From an uncultured bacterium (GTDB lineage: Bacteria > Patescibacteriota > Patescibacteriia > Patescibacteriales > UBA12465), in the NCBI GenBank assembly GCA_938003925.1, contig CALKWQ010000023.1, positions 82,885 to 146,884 on the forward strand: 64,000 bases of DNA, given 5' to 3'. Shown piece after piece: positions 52,973 through 62,592 of this stretch (positions are counted from its first letter, which is position 1; every line of letters begins with the position of its first letter). Below the pieces are notes generated by a model. That model searched no databases, was not told the DNA's origin, and saw nothing but the letters and a program-made list of their open reading frames with translations. A program made the position numbers and the translations under genes.

Positions 52973-54253
52973 ATGTCTGACCTAACTAACGCCATTAAAC
53001 AAGTGTGTGAAGAAAAAAACCTTGACTATCAAGCAGTGGTAAATACGATAGAGTTGGCTTTGGCTGCTGCTTATCGTAAGGATTACGGAGAAAAAAATCA
53101 AAATATTAAAGTTATTTTTGACCCGAACACAGCTACTTCGGAAATTTATGATGTGAAAACGGTGGTGGAAAACTTACCAGCCCAAGAAGAAGAAGAGATG
53201 CTGCGCCGTTTGAGCGATCCTGACTATAAGCGCGAAGAGAAGGAAGATCGCCGTGAAGAGCCGGTTGCGGAGGGGGAGGAGAAAGAACGTAAATTTAATC
53301 CCAAGACGGACATCCAGTTAAAAGAGGCGATGATTATGAAGCATGGCGCCCAAATTGGCGAAGAAATTATGACCGAGCTGCCAATTCCAGAAAGTTATGG
53401 TCGCATGGCTGCGCAAACAGCTAAACAAGTTATCATCCAAAAGTTAAGAGAGATGGAAAGAGACATGGTTTTGAATGAATTTAAAGATAAAGAAAAAGAA
53501 GTGGTTGGCGGCGTAGTGCAGCGTCGCGAGGGTCGCTTAGTGTTTGTTGATCTAGGTAAGGCTATTGGTATTTTGCCTTCAGAAGAGCAGATTTTTACTG
53601 AATATTATCGCCCCGGTGAGCGCGTTAAAGTTTATATTAAAGAAGTGCGCGAGGGCCACAAAGGACCGGAAATAATTTTATCTCGCCGCAGCGAAGAAAT
53701 TTTGAAAAAAATCTTTTATTTAGAAATACCGGAGGTTGCTAATGGTTTGGTGGAAATTAAGGCGGTGGCTCGTGAGGCTGGCTCTCGTTCTAAGGTGGCT
53801 ATTTATACAGAGGCGGAAAATGTTGACCCGGTTGGTTCTTGTGTTGGCCAGCGCGGCGCTCGCATCCAAACAATTATTAGCGAATTGGGCGGAGAGAAGG
53901 TTGATATTATTGAATATAGTGAAGATCCGGCTAAATTTATTGCTAATGCCTTAGCACCAGCTAAGACTCTCAGTATCGAATTACACGAAGCTGAACATAA
54001 AGCGATTGTAAAAGTCAGTTCTGATAAATTATCTTTAGCTATTGGTAAGAGTGGTCAGAATGTGCGTTTAGCCGCTCATCTCACTGGTTGGAAAATTGAT
54101 ATCATTGAATCTGCAGAAGATGGTGAAAAGAAAGTAGCTGATAGTGAGGCTGGCGAAATTATAGCAGAAGCAGCTTCTAAAGAAACGGCTGATGTTAATA
54201 ACGAAGATATTGATGCGACTGAAGAGGCTACTAATCATGAAGAAAAAGCATAA
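52973..54253 (+). CDS. nusA: transcription termination/antitermination factor NusA
   Basis: S1 domain (VVQRREGRLVFVDLG), KH domains (GSCVGQRGARIQ and AIGKSGQNVRLA), and an acidic tail. Confidence 0.92.
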   Translation: MSDLTNAIKQVCEEKNLDYQAVVNTIELALAAAYRKDYGEKNQNIKVIFDPNTATSEIYDVKTVVENLPAQEEEEMLRRLSDPDYKREEKEDRREEPVAEGEEKERKFNPKTDIQLKEAMIMKHGAQIGEEIMTELPIPESYGRMAAQTAKQVIIQKLREMERDMVLNEFKDKEKEVVGGVVQRREGRLVFVDLGKAIGILPSEEQIFTEYYRPGERVKVYIKEVREGHKGPEIILSRRSEEILKKIFYLEIPEVANGLVEIKAVAREAGSRSKVAIYTEAENVDPVGSCVGQRGARIQTIISELGGEKVDIIEYSEDPAKFIANALAPAKTLSIELHEAEHKAIVKVSSDKLSLAIGKSGQNVRLAAHLTGWKIDIIESAEDGEKKVADSEAGEIIAEAASKETADVNNEDIDATEEATNHEEKA

Positions 54254-54309
54254 TTTTTTAGCCCCAACCTTACTGGAGGGTGAGCGTCGGGGTAATTAAT
54301 AATATTTAT

Positions 54310-56337
54310 ATGATCACGAATCTCTTAATCATCGGCAGTGCTGTTGCTGCCATAGTTTATGGCTTGATCGCTGTGATGTTTGTCTTGCGCTTGCCTGCTG
54401 GCAATGAAAAAATGCAAGAAATCGCTGCCGCTATTCAGGCCGGCGCCAAGGCTTTCTTAAATCGCCAGTATAAAGCGGTTGGCTTGGTGGCTTTGGTATT
54501 ATTTTTTGTGATTGGTCTAGTTCCTTCTTTGGGTTGGATGACAGCCTTAGCTTTTATTATCGGTGCACTTTTATCTGCTCTAACTGGTTACATTGGTATG
54601 TTTGTTAGTGTGCGGGCTAATGTGCGCACGGCCGAAGCAGCTCGAGGCGGATTACAAAAAGCTCTGACTGTGGCGGTGAGAGGTGGCAGTGTCACAGGTA
54701 TGCTTGTTGTCGGCTTGGCTTTATTAGGTACAGCTGGTTTCTATTTTGCCACTGGCGATTTACATGCCTTAGTGGGCTTTGCTTTTGGCGGCTCCTTAAT
54801 CTCAATTTTTGCACGTTTAGGTGGTGGTATTTATACTAAAGCTGCTGACGTCGGCGCTGATTTAATTGGTAAGGTTGAGGCTGGTATTCCGGAAGACGAT
54901 CCTCGTAACCCAGCTGTAATTGCTGATAATGTTGGTGATAATGTTGGTGATTGCGCAGGTATGGCAGCTGATTTATTTGAAACCTATGCTGTAACCTCCA
55001 TTGCAGCCATGTTGTTAGGCTCTTTGACCTTCGCAGTGGGCGGAGCGATGGATTCTAAAAATATTATCTTATTTCCCTTAGTGCTAGGCGCGGTATCAAT
55101 TATCGCTTCTATTATCGGTATTTTCTTTATTCGCTTAGGGAAGAATAAGAATATCATGCAGGCTTTATATAAAGGCTTGATTGCTGCTGGCGTTTTATCC
55201 GCTATAGCTTTTTATCCGCTCACCAAGATGTTTGTAAGTGATCCAGCTGTGAGTTTGAAAATTTATTTAGCTAGTTTAATAGGTTTAGCTGTTACTGGCT
55301 TATTGGTTGTGATTACAGAGTATTATACTTCTACCGCCTTCGCCCCAGTTAAGGGCATTGCGGAAGCCTCTAAAACAGGACATGGTACTAATGTTATTGC
55401 CGGCTTGGCAGTATCTATGAAGTCAACGGCCTGGCCAATTGTTGTAATCGTAGCTGCTATTTTAGGAGCTTTTTCTCTGGCCGGTTTATACGGCATTGCT
55501 ATCGCCGCGATGGCGATGTTGTCGATGGCTGGCATCATTGTGACTATTGATGCTTATGGCCCTATTACCGATAATGCCGGCGGTATTGCTGAAATGGCCA
55601 ATTTAGGCGAGGATGTTCGCAATATTACCGATCCTTTAGATGCTGTGGGTAATACTACTAAAGCGGTGACCAAGGGTTATGCTATCGGTTCCGCCGCTTT
55701 AGCGGCGTTGGTATTATTTGCCGACTTTACTTTTAAGATTACTGATTTAGGTGGTAGCGCAGAGTTCTTAATCAATAATCCTTTTGTTTTGGCTGGTTTA
55801 TTTTTAGGCGGCCTCTTGCCTTACCTCTTCGGAGCTATGGCGATGAAAGCCGTTGGTAGAGCCGCAGGTTCAGTGGTGGAAGATGTGCGCGCTCAGTTTA
55901 AAGAAAAGACCGGTATTATGGATGGCACAGAAAAACCAGACTATGGCCGCACCGTAGACATTGTCACCAAAGCCGCTATTAAAGAAATGATTCTACCGGC
56001 TTTAATTCCCGTCATCGCTCCTATTGTCGTCGGTCTAGGTTTTAACTTCTTTGGCCGCGGTCACGGAGTGGAAGCTTTGGGCGGCCTACTGGTTGGTTCT
56101 ATTGTTACCGGTATTTTCGTAGCCGTTTCCATGACTTCAGGTGGTGGCGCTTGGGATAATGCTAAGAAATATATTGAACTTGGTTATTTTGGCGGCAAAG
56201 GCTCTGATGCTCATAAAGCTGCTGTAACTGGGGATACCGTGGGCGATCCTTATAAGGATACTGCCGGGCCGGCGATTAATCCGATGATTAAAGTCTTAAA
56301 CATTGTGGCTTTGTTAATTATTGGTTTACTCATTTAA
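54310..56337 (+). CDS. hppA: membrane-bound proton- or sodium-translocating pyrophosphatase
   Basis: [19 protein letters not shown] and [21 protein letters not shown]. The ATG at 54310 gives the usual N-terminus. Confidence 0.93.
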   Translation: MITNLLIIGSAVAAIVYGLIAVMFVLRLPAGNEKMQEIAAAIQAGAKAFLNRQYKAVGLVALVLFFVIGLVPSLGWMTALAFIIGALLSALTGYIGMFVSVRANVRTAEAARGGLQKALTVAVRGGSVTGMLVVGLALLGTAGFYFATGDLHALVGFAFGGSLISIFARLGGGIYTKAADVGADLIGKVEAGIPEDDPRNPAVIADNVGDNVGDCAGMAADLFETYAVTSIAAMLLGSLTFAVGGAMDSKNIILFPLVLGAVSIIASIIGIFFIRLGKNKNIMQALYKGLIAAGVLSAIAFYPLTKMFVSDPAVSLKIYLASLIGLAVTGLLVVITEYYTSTAFAPVKGIAEASKTGHGTNVIAGLAVSMKSTAWPIVVIVAAILGAFSLAGLYGIAIAAMAMLSMAGIIVTIDAYGPITDNAGGIAEMANLGEDVRNITDPLDAVGNTTKAVTKGYAIGSAALAALVLFADFTFKITDLGGSAEFLINNPFVLAGLFLGGLLPYLFGAMAMKAVGRAAGSVVEDVRAQFKEKTGIMDGTEKPDYGRTVDIVTKAAIKEMILPALIPVIAPIVVGLGFNFFGRGHGVEALGGLLVGSIVTGIFVAVSMTSGGGAWDNAKKYIELGYFGGKGSDAHKAAVTGDTVGDPYKDTAGPAINPMIKVLNIVALLIIGLLI

Positions 56338-56573
56338 ACTTTCAGTAGTTACACTATAAAAGCGTCGGTGTTTAAGCCGGCGCTTTTTTGTTGATTAATT
56401 GTTTAACTAAGTCACGCATTTAATGGCTAAATAACACCGTTTATTGGTTGTTTTAGGGATATGGTTAGTTTTAAGTCAAGCTTGCGTTTTCTAAAAAAAC
56501 TGCTAAAATATAATAAATAAAGGAAAAAAATCAAGCGAGCCCACCATAGCTCGTTTATAATTGTTTAAAGATT

Positions 56574-57884
56574 ATGCAAGTTATTAAAAAGGATTTAGAA
56601 AAATCACAAGTAGAATTAGTTGTTGTGCTAGAATTTGACGAATTTAAGCCATATATTGAAAAAGGTGCTCAGCATGTTTCTGAGCACGTAAAAATCGAAG
56701 GCTTTCGTGCAGGCAAAGTGCCCTATGAAATCTTAAAACAAAAAGTTGGAGAAATCAGTATTTTAGAGGAAGCAGCTCATATTGCTATTCGCAAGACTAT
56801 TGATCAGGTTTTTGCTAAGGAATTAGCTGGTCGGCAACCAGTAGGTCAGCCAAATGTAGAGATTACCAAGTTGGCGCCAGAAAATCCTTTGGAATATAAA
56901 GTAACCGTAGCCTTATTGCCCACAGTCGCCCTAGGTGAATATAAAAATTTAAATATTAAGCGAGAGACACCAGCAGTTAGCGAAGAGGATATAGAAAAAA
57001 CTCTGAAAGAAATTGCAGATATGCGTGCCAAGGAGAGCTTAAGCGCCGAAGCGGCTAAAGCGGGCGATAAGTTAATTTTAAATATTAATCTGAGCGTGGA
57101 TAAAGTGCCGATTGAAGGTGGTCAGGCGCAGGAAGTGACTGTAATGCTGGGCAAGGAGTATATGGTTACTGGTTTTGACGAAAAAATGATCGGGATTAAA
57201 CAGGGTGAAACTAGAGAATTTGAGTTGTTATATCCAGCTACTCATCACCAAGCCAATTTAGCCGGTAAGATGGTTAGTTTTACCGTCACCGCCACTTCCG
57301 TCTATCAGCGAGACTTACCTAAAATTGATGATGAGTTGGCTAAAGAGATGCACTTCAAAGACGTGGCTGACTTAAAGGATGCTATTAAAAAAAATATTTT
57401 AGCCGATCGCGAGCGTCAAGCTGATATTAAAGCCGAATTAAAGATGTTGGAAGCGATTGCTGATAAGGCTAAGTTTGGTGATATTCCCGACACTTTATTG
57501 ACCAGCGAAACTGATAATATGATGGCTGAGTTAGAGCGTAATATTACTAATCAAGGTGGTAATTTTGCTGATTACCTCAAACACCTAAAAAAGAACGAAG
57601 CTGAATTACGTCTAGAGTTGTCACCGAATGCAGTTAAGAGAATTAAGACAGCCTTGATTATCAGGGAGGTTGGTTTAATGGAAAAAGTAGTTATTACTCC
57701 GGAGGCTATGGCCGAAAAGTTAAGCGGTTTAAAGAAGATGTATGCTCAAAACAAAGAAGCTTTAGAGCAGTTTAGTAAACCAGAATACTTGCGCCATTTA
57801 GAAAATATGATGTTCAACGATCAAGTCGTTGCTCAGCTAAAATCATGGAATTATGCCGACGCTGGCAAACAATCGCAGAGCTAG
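56574..57884 (+). CDS. tig: trigger factor
   Basis: N-terminal ribosome-binding GFRAGKVP motif, a central FKBP-like region and a C-terminal arm domain. Confidence 0.88.
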   Translation: MQVIKKDLEKSQVELVVVLEFDEFKPYIEKGAQHVSEHVKIEGFRAGKVPYEILKQKVGEISILEEAAHIAIRKTIDQVFAKELAGRQPVGQPNVEITKLAPENPLEYKVTVALLPTVALGEYKNLNIKRETPAVSEEDIEKTLKEIADMRAKESLSAEAAKAGDKLILNINLSVDKVPIEGGQAQEVTVMLGKEYMVTGFDEKMIGIKQGETREFELLYPATHHQANLAGKMVSFTVTATSVYQRDLPKIDDELAKEMHFKDVADLKDAIKKNILADRERQADIKAELKMLEAIADKAKFGDIPDTLLTSETDNMMAELERNITNQGGNFADYLKHLKKNEAELRLELSPNAVKRIKTALIIREVGLMEKVVITPEAMAEKLSGLKKMYAQNKEALEQFSKPEYLRHLENMMFNDQVVAQLKSWNYADAGKQSQS

Positions 57885-58320
57885 TTTTGATTACGACCTA
57901 TTAGAGAATTACGAGGCCGGCGTGGTTTTGTTAGGCCATGAAGCTAAATCAGCCAAAGCTGGCCACGTTAGTCTCAGTGGCGCTTATATAAGTATTCGCG
58001 AAGGCCAACATGGGCCAGAACTCTGGTTGTTAAACACTCACATTTCACTTTACCTTTTTACTGGCCAACTCTTGGACTATAATCCGCTCCGCGAAAGAAA
58101 ACTATTACTAAAAAAGAGTGAAATCTTACATTTGGTCGGTAAAATACAGGAAAAAGGCTTGACATTGATTCCGGTTAAAATGTATACTAAACGCAGTTTC
58201 GTGAAGTTGGAGTTCGCTTTGGCAAGAGGTAAAAAGAAATATGATAAGCGCGAATCCATCAAGAAAAGAGAGTTAGATAGACAACTGAGAACTTTAACAA
58301 AGCGTAGTGTTTTGAGATAA
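57853..58320 (+). CDS. smpB: SsrA-binding protein SmpB
   Basis: NRRASFDYDLLENYEAGVVLLGHEAKS and a basic tail. Confidence 0.9.
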   Translation: MPTLANNRRASFDYDLLENYEAGVVLLGHEAKSAKAGHVSLSGAYISIREGQHGPELWLLNTHISLYLFTGQLLDYNPLRERKLLLKKSEILHLVGKIQEKGLTLIPVKMYTKRSFVKLEFALARGKKKYDKRESIKKRELDRQLRTLTKRSVLR

Positions 58321-58322
58321 CC

Positions 58323-58709
58323 GGGGATGCCGGGCATCGATAATAACGACTGCTTCTAGATATTCAAGACGGGTTTTGGTTAGACCGTAAAAATAATCTA
58401 AAAACATAAATGTCAAAAATCTTGACAGGGCGTTTACTTGGAAAGTTCCGAGTTTCGCTCCCGTTATGGCTTAATTAAAAAATAGCCGTAGCCATCAGAC
58501 CGGAGAGGCTTCAGCTCCGTCAACTGGTGTTATAATTTGAAGCTTGGTTATCACCGGCCCTCTCCTGGTGTTAGCGAGACAACGAGAGGTGACTGATACC
58601 GCTTTTGCCTGGTTTTAGACGATATCGGCGACACTAATTAAATCGGGATAATTTTGTAAAAGTATCTAGGGGCACTTATTAGACATGGGTTCAACTCCCA
58701 TCATCTCCA
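58323..58709 (+). ncRNA. ssrA: tmRNA (SsrA)
   Basis: 5' GGGGATG pairs with 3' CATCTCC (including G3:U70). T arm GGGTTCAACTCCC. Candidate tag frame 58430-58474, GCG...TAA, encodes AFTWKVPSFAPVMA. Starts 3 nt after smpB. Confidence 0.85.
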
Positions 58710-58718
58710 CACAAATAA

Positions 58719-58802
58719 GCCGCGGTGGCGGAACTGGTAGACGCGCTGGACTTAAAATCCAGTTGTAGAGATACAGTGCGGGTTCGATTCCCGCCCGCGG
58801 CA
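58719..58802 (+). tRNA. tRNA-Leu (anticodon UAA), long variable arm
   Basis: Acceptor GCCGCGG/CCGCGGC, anticodon stem CTGGA/TCCAG, loop CTTAAAA. Confidence 0.85.
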
Positions 58803-58885
58803 CTCTTATTTTTAAGTTTTTTACTTAAAACAGCAGAGAGGCCTTGCCTTGAAGAAAAATATTTGCTATATAAAGTATAGCTTTT

Positions 58886-58957
58886 GCGGGTATCGTATAA
58901 TGGTTATTATGCAACCTTGCCATGGTTGAGAAAGGGGTTCGATTCCCCTTACCCGCT
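58886..58957 (+). tRNA. tRNA-Gly (anticodon GCC)
   Basis: Acceptor GCGGGTA/TACCCGC, anticodon stem CAACC/GGTTG, loop TTGCCAT. Confidence 0.85.
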
Positions 58958-59052
58958 CATTGGAGTATAAAAACGGCCCTAGGGGCTGTTTTTATTTGAC
59001 TTTTTTTAATTTTTCCGCTATAAATAGCTATATAAATAATAACTTTTTAACC

Positions 59053-59607
59053 ATGCGCATTAAATTCCATCGCGTTGAGCAGAAAGAAAAAAAATTCTTT
59101 AAGTCTAACACTCAAATTCGTTCCGAACAGGTTTTTTTAATTGATGAAACTGGTGAAAATGTTGGCGTGATGGATACCAGGGAAGCGATTGCTCGCGCCA
59201 AAGAGCTGGATTTAGACTTAGTGGAAGTTAATCCTAAGGCTGATCCGCCGGTTGCTAAAATTGTTGATCTTGGTCAGTTAAAATATGAGCACGAGAAGAA
59301 GTTGCATCGCCAGAAGGTGATGCAAAAGAAGATAGACACCAAGGTTATTCGTCTGTCTTTTCGTATTAGTGAACATGATTTTGGTTTTCGTTTGGCTCAA
59401 GCAGAAAAGTTTTTATCTAAAGAAAATAAAATTAAAGTGGAGTTGATTTTAAGAGGTCGTGAACGTCAATACCCACAGAAAGCCAGAGAAATTATTGACA
59501 GCTTTGTGGCTCAACTTCGCCAAAAACCAGATTTAGTAATTGAGGTGGAGCAGACCTTGACAAATCAAGGAGGAAGATTTACTATAGTGTTGGTAAATAA
59601 GAAATAA
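59053..59607 (+). CDS. infC: translation initiation factor IF-3
   Basis: IRSEQVFLIDETGENVGVM, LDLVEV and KVIRLSFRISEHD. The track start at 58960 overlaps the tRNA terminator, so I use the ATG at 59053. The exact start is uncertain because IF-3 genes often use atypical start codons. Confidence 0.85.
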   Translation: MRIKFHRVEQKEKKFFKSNTQIRSEQVFLIDETGENVGVMDTREAIARAKELDLDLVEVNPKADPPVAKIVDLGQLKYEHEKKLHRQKVMQKKIDTKVIRLSFRISEHDFGFRLAQAEKFLSKENKIKVELILRGRERQYPQKAREIIDSFVAQLRQKPDLVIEVEQTLTNQGGRFTIVLVNKK

Positions 59608-59623
59608 CAATCTTTTTATCATC

Positions 59624-59647
59624 CAGGTGCTTTTCGCCTGTTTTTTT
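59624..59647 (+). terminator. terminator-like hairpin between infC and rpmI
   Basis: CAGGTG-CTTTT-CGCCTG followed by a T run of 7, 10 nt before the rpmI ATG. Confidence 0.5.
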
Positions 59648-59656
59648 ATCAAATTT

Positions 59657-59854
59657 ATGCCGAAAATCAAGACCCATCAGGCTACAGCCAAGCGTTTTCG
59701 CTTAACTGCGACCAACAAGTTGAAGAAGAGAAAGGCTGGCCAGGACCATTTCAATTCTAGGGAAAGTGGCAATACTAAGCGCACCAAGCGTTTAGACATT
59801 AATGCCGACGCTACTTTAGTAAAAACCATTAAAACTTTAACCCCGTATCGATAG
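59657..59854 (+). CDS. rpmI: 50S ribosomal protein L35
   Basis: MPKIKTHQATAKRFRLT... Confidence 0.9.
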   Translation: MPKIKTHQATAKRFRLTATNKLKKRKAGQDHFNSRESGNTKRTKRLDINADATLVKTIKTLTPYR

Positions 59855-59879
59855 GATGCGGTTTTAAGCTAATTCTTAT

Positions 59880-60227
59880 ATGCCAAGAGTAAAAAGAGGA
59901 GTCAGTCACAACAAAAAACGCCGCAAGTTGATGCAGCAGGTTAAAGGCTACAAATGGGGCCGCAAGAATTTAATCAAGCTGGCTAAGACTGCTCGGACTA
60001 AAGCCGGCGCCCATGCTTATCGTGATCGCCGTAAGAAAAAACGCGATATGCGTGCTTTGTGGCAAGTTAAGATTAATGCCTTTGTTCGCGAACACGGTTT
60101 TTCTTACTCTAAATTTATTGGTGCTTTAAAGGTGGCTAATATTACTATTGACCGCAAAATTATAGCTGATTTAGCTGTGAGCAATAAGAAAGTATTAGCT
60201 GAGATAATTGCGCGTCTTAAGAAATAA
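59880..60227 (+). CDS. rplT: 50S ribosomal protein L20
   Basis: MPRVKRGVSHNKKRRK...AYRDRRKKKR. Confidence 0.93.
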   Translation: MPRVKRGVSHNKKRRKLMQQVKGYKWGRKNLIKLAKTARTKAGAHAYRDRRKKKRDMRALWQVKINAFVREHGFSYSKFIGALKVANITIDRKIIADLAVSNKKVLAEIIARLKK

Positions 60228-60233
60228 ACCTTT

Positions 60234-60446
60234 ATGTCTTGGTTACAAATCGCACAAATTATCGTTTCCCTTCTTCTTATTGTTGTTATTTTGCTTCAGA
60301 ATCGCGGCGCTGGTCTCGGTAGTGCTTTTGGTGGTACCGGCGGCGTTTATTTGACGAAACGCGGTCTGGAAAAAAAGTTATTTACTGCTACCATTGTATT
60401 AGCAGTACTCTTTTTTGGCTTATCATTAGCCAGCATTTTGGCTTAA
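60234..60446 (+). CDS. secG: preprotein translocase subunit SecG
   Basis: 70 aa with two TM helices and LLQNRGAGLGSAFGG. Confidence 0.8.
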   Translation: MSWLQIAQIIVSLLLIVVILLQNRGAGLGSAFGGTGGVYLTKRGLEKKLFTATIVLAVLFFGLSLASILA

Positions 60447-60476
60447 AGCCAGTTCCTTCCGTTTCGTCCCCACTCT

Positions 60477-62438
60477 GTGGATTTATTGCCTCAAAAATTT
60501 AAGAATTTTTTTCAAGGAAGTTTAAAATCAATTTCCCGTTTTTTTGTTGCTCAACGCTTATTATCAGAACTAAAGCGTTTATTTGTGGATAAAGATTCTG
60601 CCAGTATGAGGGCTGATAAAAATTTGGTTTATTCCTTGGCTCCCACTAAAATTCCTCGTCAAGAGCAACTAAAGCATCTGGCTAAATTTTTAAATCCGCG
60701 AGAGAAATTAGTTTTGAAATTATCCAGCCTAGTCTTAATTCTCAGCTTGTCTTATTTGGGTTTTCGCTTTTATCAACAACACCTCGTTCTTATTCCTAAG
60801 GCGGGTGGCACCTATATTGAAGGAGTGGTAGGCTATCCCCAGACTATTAATCCATTATATGCTAGTAGTCGTGATGTGGATGCTGATTTGAGTCGACTCA
60901 TTTATTCCAGCTTGTTTAATTATGACGAACAAGGGCGCTTAGCTCCTGATTTGGTAGAGAGTTGGCAAATTCAGGACAACAACAAAACCTACATTATGTC
61001 TTTGCGTCCAGATGTTAAATGGCATAGCGGTGAAGACTTGTTGTCTGATGACGTAGTTTTTACTTTTAATCTAATCAAGACTGCTGAGTTCCGTTCTCCT
61101 TTGCGCAATACTCTTAATGGCGCAGAAATTGAAAAAATTGACGATCACACCGTTAAATTTTCTCTGTCAGAGCCTTATGCTGATTTTTTAAGTTTACTCA
61201 CTTTTGGTATTATGCCTCAGAGTGCTTGGGAGATGGTTTTGCCGGAAGCAGCGGTTTTGTCAGAATTAAATTTAAAGCCCATCGGCTCTGGTCCCTATAA
61301 GTTTGAAGCCTTAATTAAGAGTAAGGGGGGAGAGATGAAAGAATATCATTTAGTTTCTAACCCTGATTATTATGGGGCTAGTCCTTACGTTTCCGATATA
61401 ATTTTTAAATTTTTCCCCGATTATACAGAATTGGTACGCGCTTTAAATGCCAATGAAATTGATGGAGCTAGTTATGTCCCCGATGATTTAAAAAGAGATT
61501 TATTAGCTAAACATTCCCTGTCTTTGCACAGCTTGCGCCTGCCTCAGGTTAATGCCATCTTTTTTAATCGTGAAAAAAATAAAGCTTTATCCGACTTGAA
61601 AGTTAGGCAAGCTTTAGCTTATGCTATCGACCGCGAGCGCCTATTTAAAGAAGTGTTGGGGGGCGCAGCTGTTAGGGCTGATGGCCCGATTTTAGCTGAT
61701 GGTTTTGCTTACACACCCGATGACTCTAAATATAATTTAAATCGAGAGCGAGCGGAGCAATTGCTGGAAGAGAGTGGTTTTAAAAAAATTGAAGTTAGTA
61801 CAGACGCCGTTAATAGCGAGGAAACAAGTGGCGAGGTGGCTGCTATTAAGCTCACGGCAAGTTCTACTCAATTAGAACCAGTCGGTTACTGGCGAGTAGC
61901 CACCATTGATAAGAATTTTCAGCCGTTGCTGATTAAGTTATCAGTCCCAGAAAATGGTCGCTTGGACGTGGCTGAGAGCATTAAGCAAGATTGGGAGGCG
62001 ATTGGCGTTAAGGTTGTTATTAATAAAGTTAGCGCTGCCAGTATCGGCTCAGAAATGGTTGCTAGTCATAACTTTGAGGCTTTCCTCTATGGCCAGGTAG
62101 TTGGAACCGAACCGGATGTTGCTTCTTTTTGGCACTCTTCTCAAATCGGTGGACAGGGTCTCAATTTGGCTGGCTATAATAACAGCGAGGCTGACACATT
62201 ACTGACAGAGGGTCGCCAATTGGCAGATAATTTCGATCTGCGTCTAGAAAAATATAAAAAATTTCAAGAAATTATCGGCGCTGAATTGCCGGCGATTTTC
62301 TTATATTCACCCGCTTACACTTATGTCCAGGCTAAACGTGTGCGCGGCTTTAATGGCGCTGTCATTAATGAACCCAGCGATCGCCTTGCCGGTATCGGTA
62401 ATTGGTATCTGAAAACAAAGAAGCGCTTGTCCTGGTAG
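60477..62438 (+). CDS. ABC transporter substrate-binding protein, family 5 (peptide/nickel type), membrane-anchored
   Basis: TM anchor followed by GGTYIEGVVGYPQTINP, LVESW and VKWHSG, typical of SBP_bac_5. GTG start is uncertain. Confidence 0.7.
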   Translation: MDLLPQKFKNFFQGSLKSISRFFVAQRLLSELKRLFVDKDSASMRADKNLVYSLAPTKIPRQEQLKHLAKFLNPREKLVLKLSSLVLILSLSYLGFRFYQQHLVLIPKAGGTYIEGVVGYPQTINPLYASSRDVDADLSRLIYSSLFNYDEQGRLAPDLVESWQIQDNNKTYIMSLRPDVKWHSGEDLLSDDVVFTFNLIKTAEFRSPLRNTLNGAEIEKIDDHTVKFSLSEPYADFLSLLTFGIMPQSAWEMVLPEAAVLSELNLKPIGSGPYKFEALIKSKGGEMKEYHLVSNPDYYGASPYVSDIIFKFFPDYTELVRALNANEIDGASYVPDDLKRDLLAKHSLSLHSLRLPQVNAIFFNREKNKALSDLKVRQALAYAIDRERLFKEVLGGAAVRADGPILADGFAYTPDDSKYNLNRERAEQLLEESGFKKIEVSTDAVNSEETSGEVAAIKLTASSTQLEPVGYWRVATIDKNFQPLLIKLSVPENGRLDVAESIKQDWEAIGVKVVINKVSAASIGSEMVASHNFEAFLYGQVVGTEPDVASFWHSSQIGGQGLNLAGYNNSEADTLLTEGRQLADNFDLRLEKYKKFQEIIGAELPAIFLYSPAYTYVQAKRVRGFNGAVINEPSDRLAGIGNWYLKTKKRLSW

Positions 62439-62592
62439 TATTATTTACAAATCGAGCTTAATTTTTAACAGAAAAATTGTCTCTGTTAGAAATAATAGTT
62501 AAGACTCGTCTATCTCATAATTCAACGAAAATCCTAGCATTAAAGATGGCTTTGGTTATTTTTTTAATCTTTGATTTTAAGTCTCAATTCCC

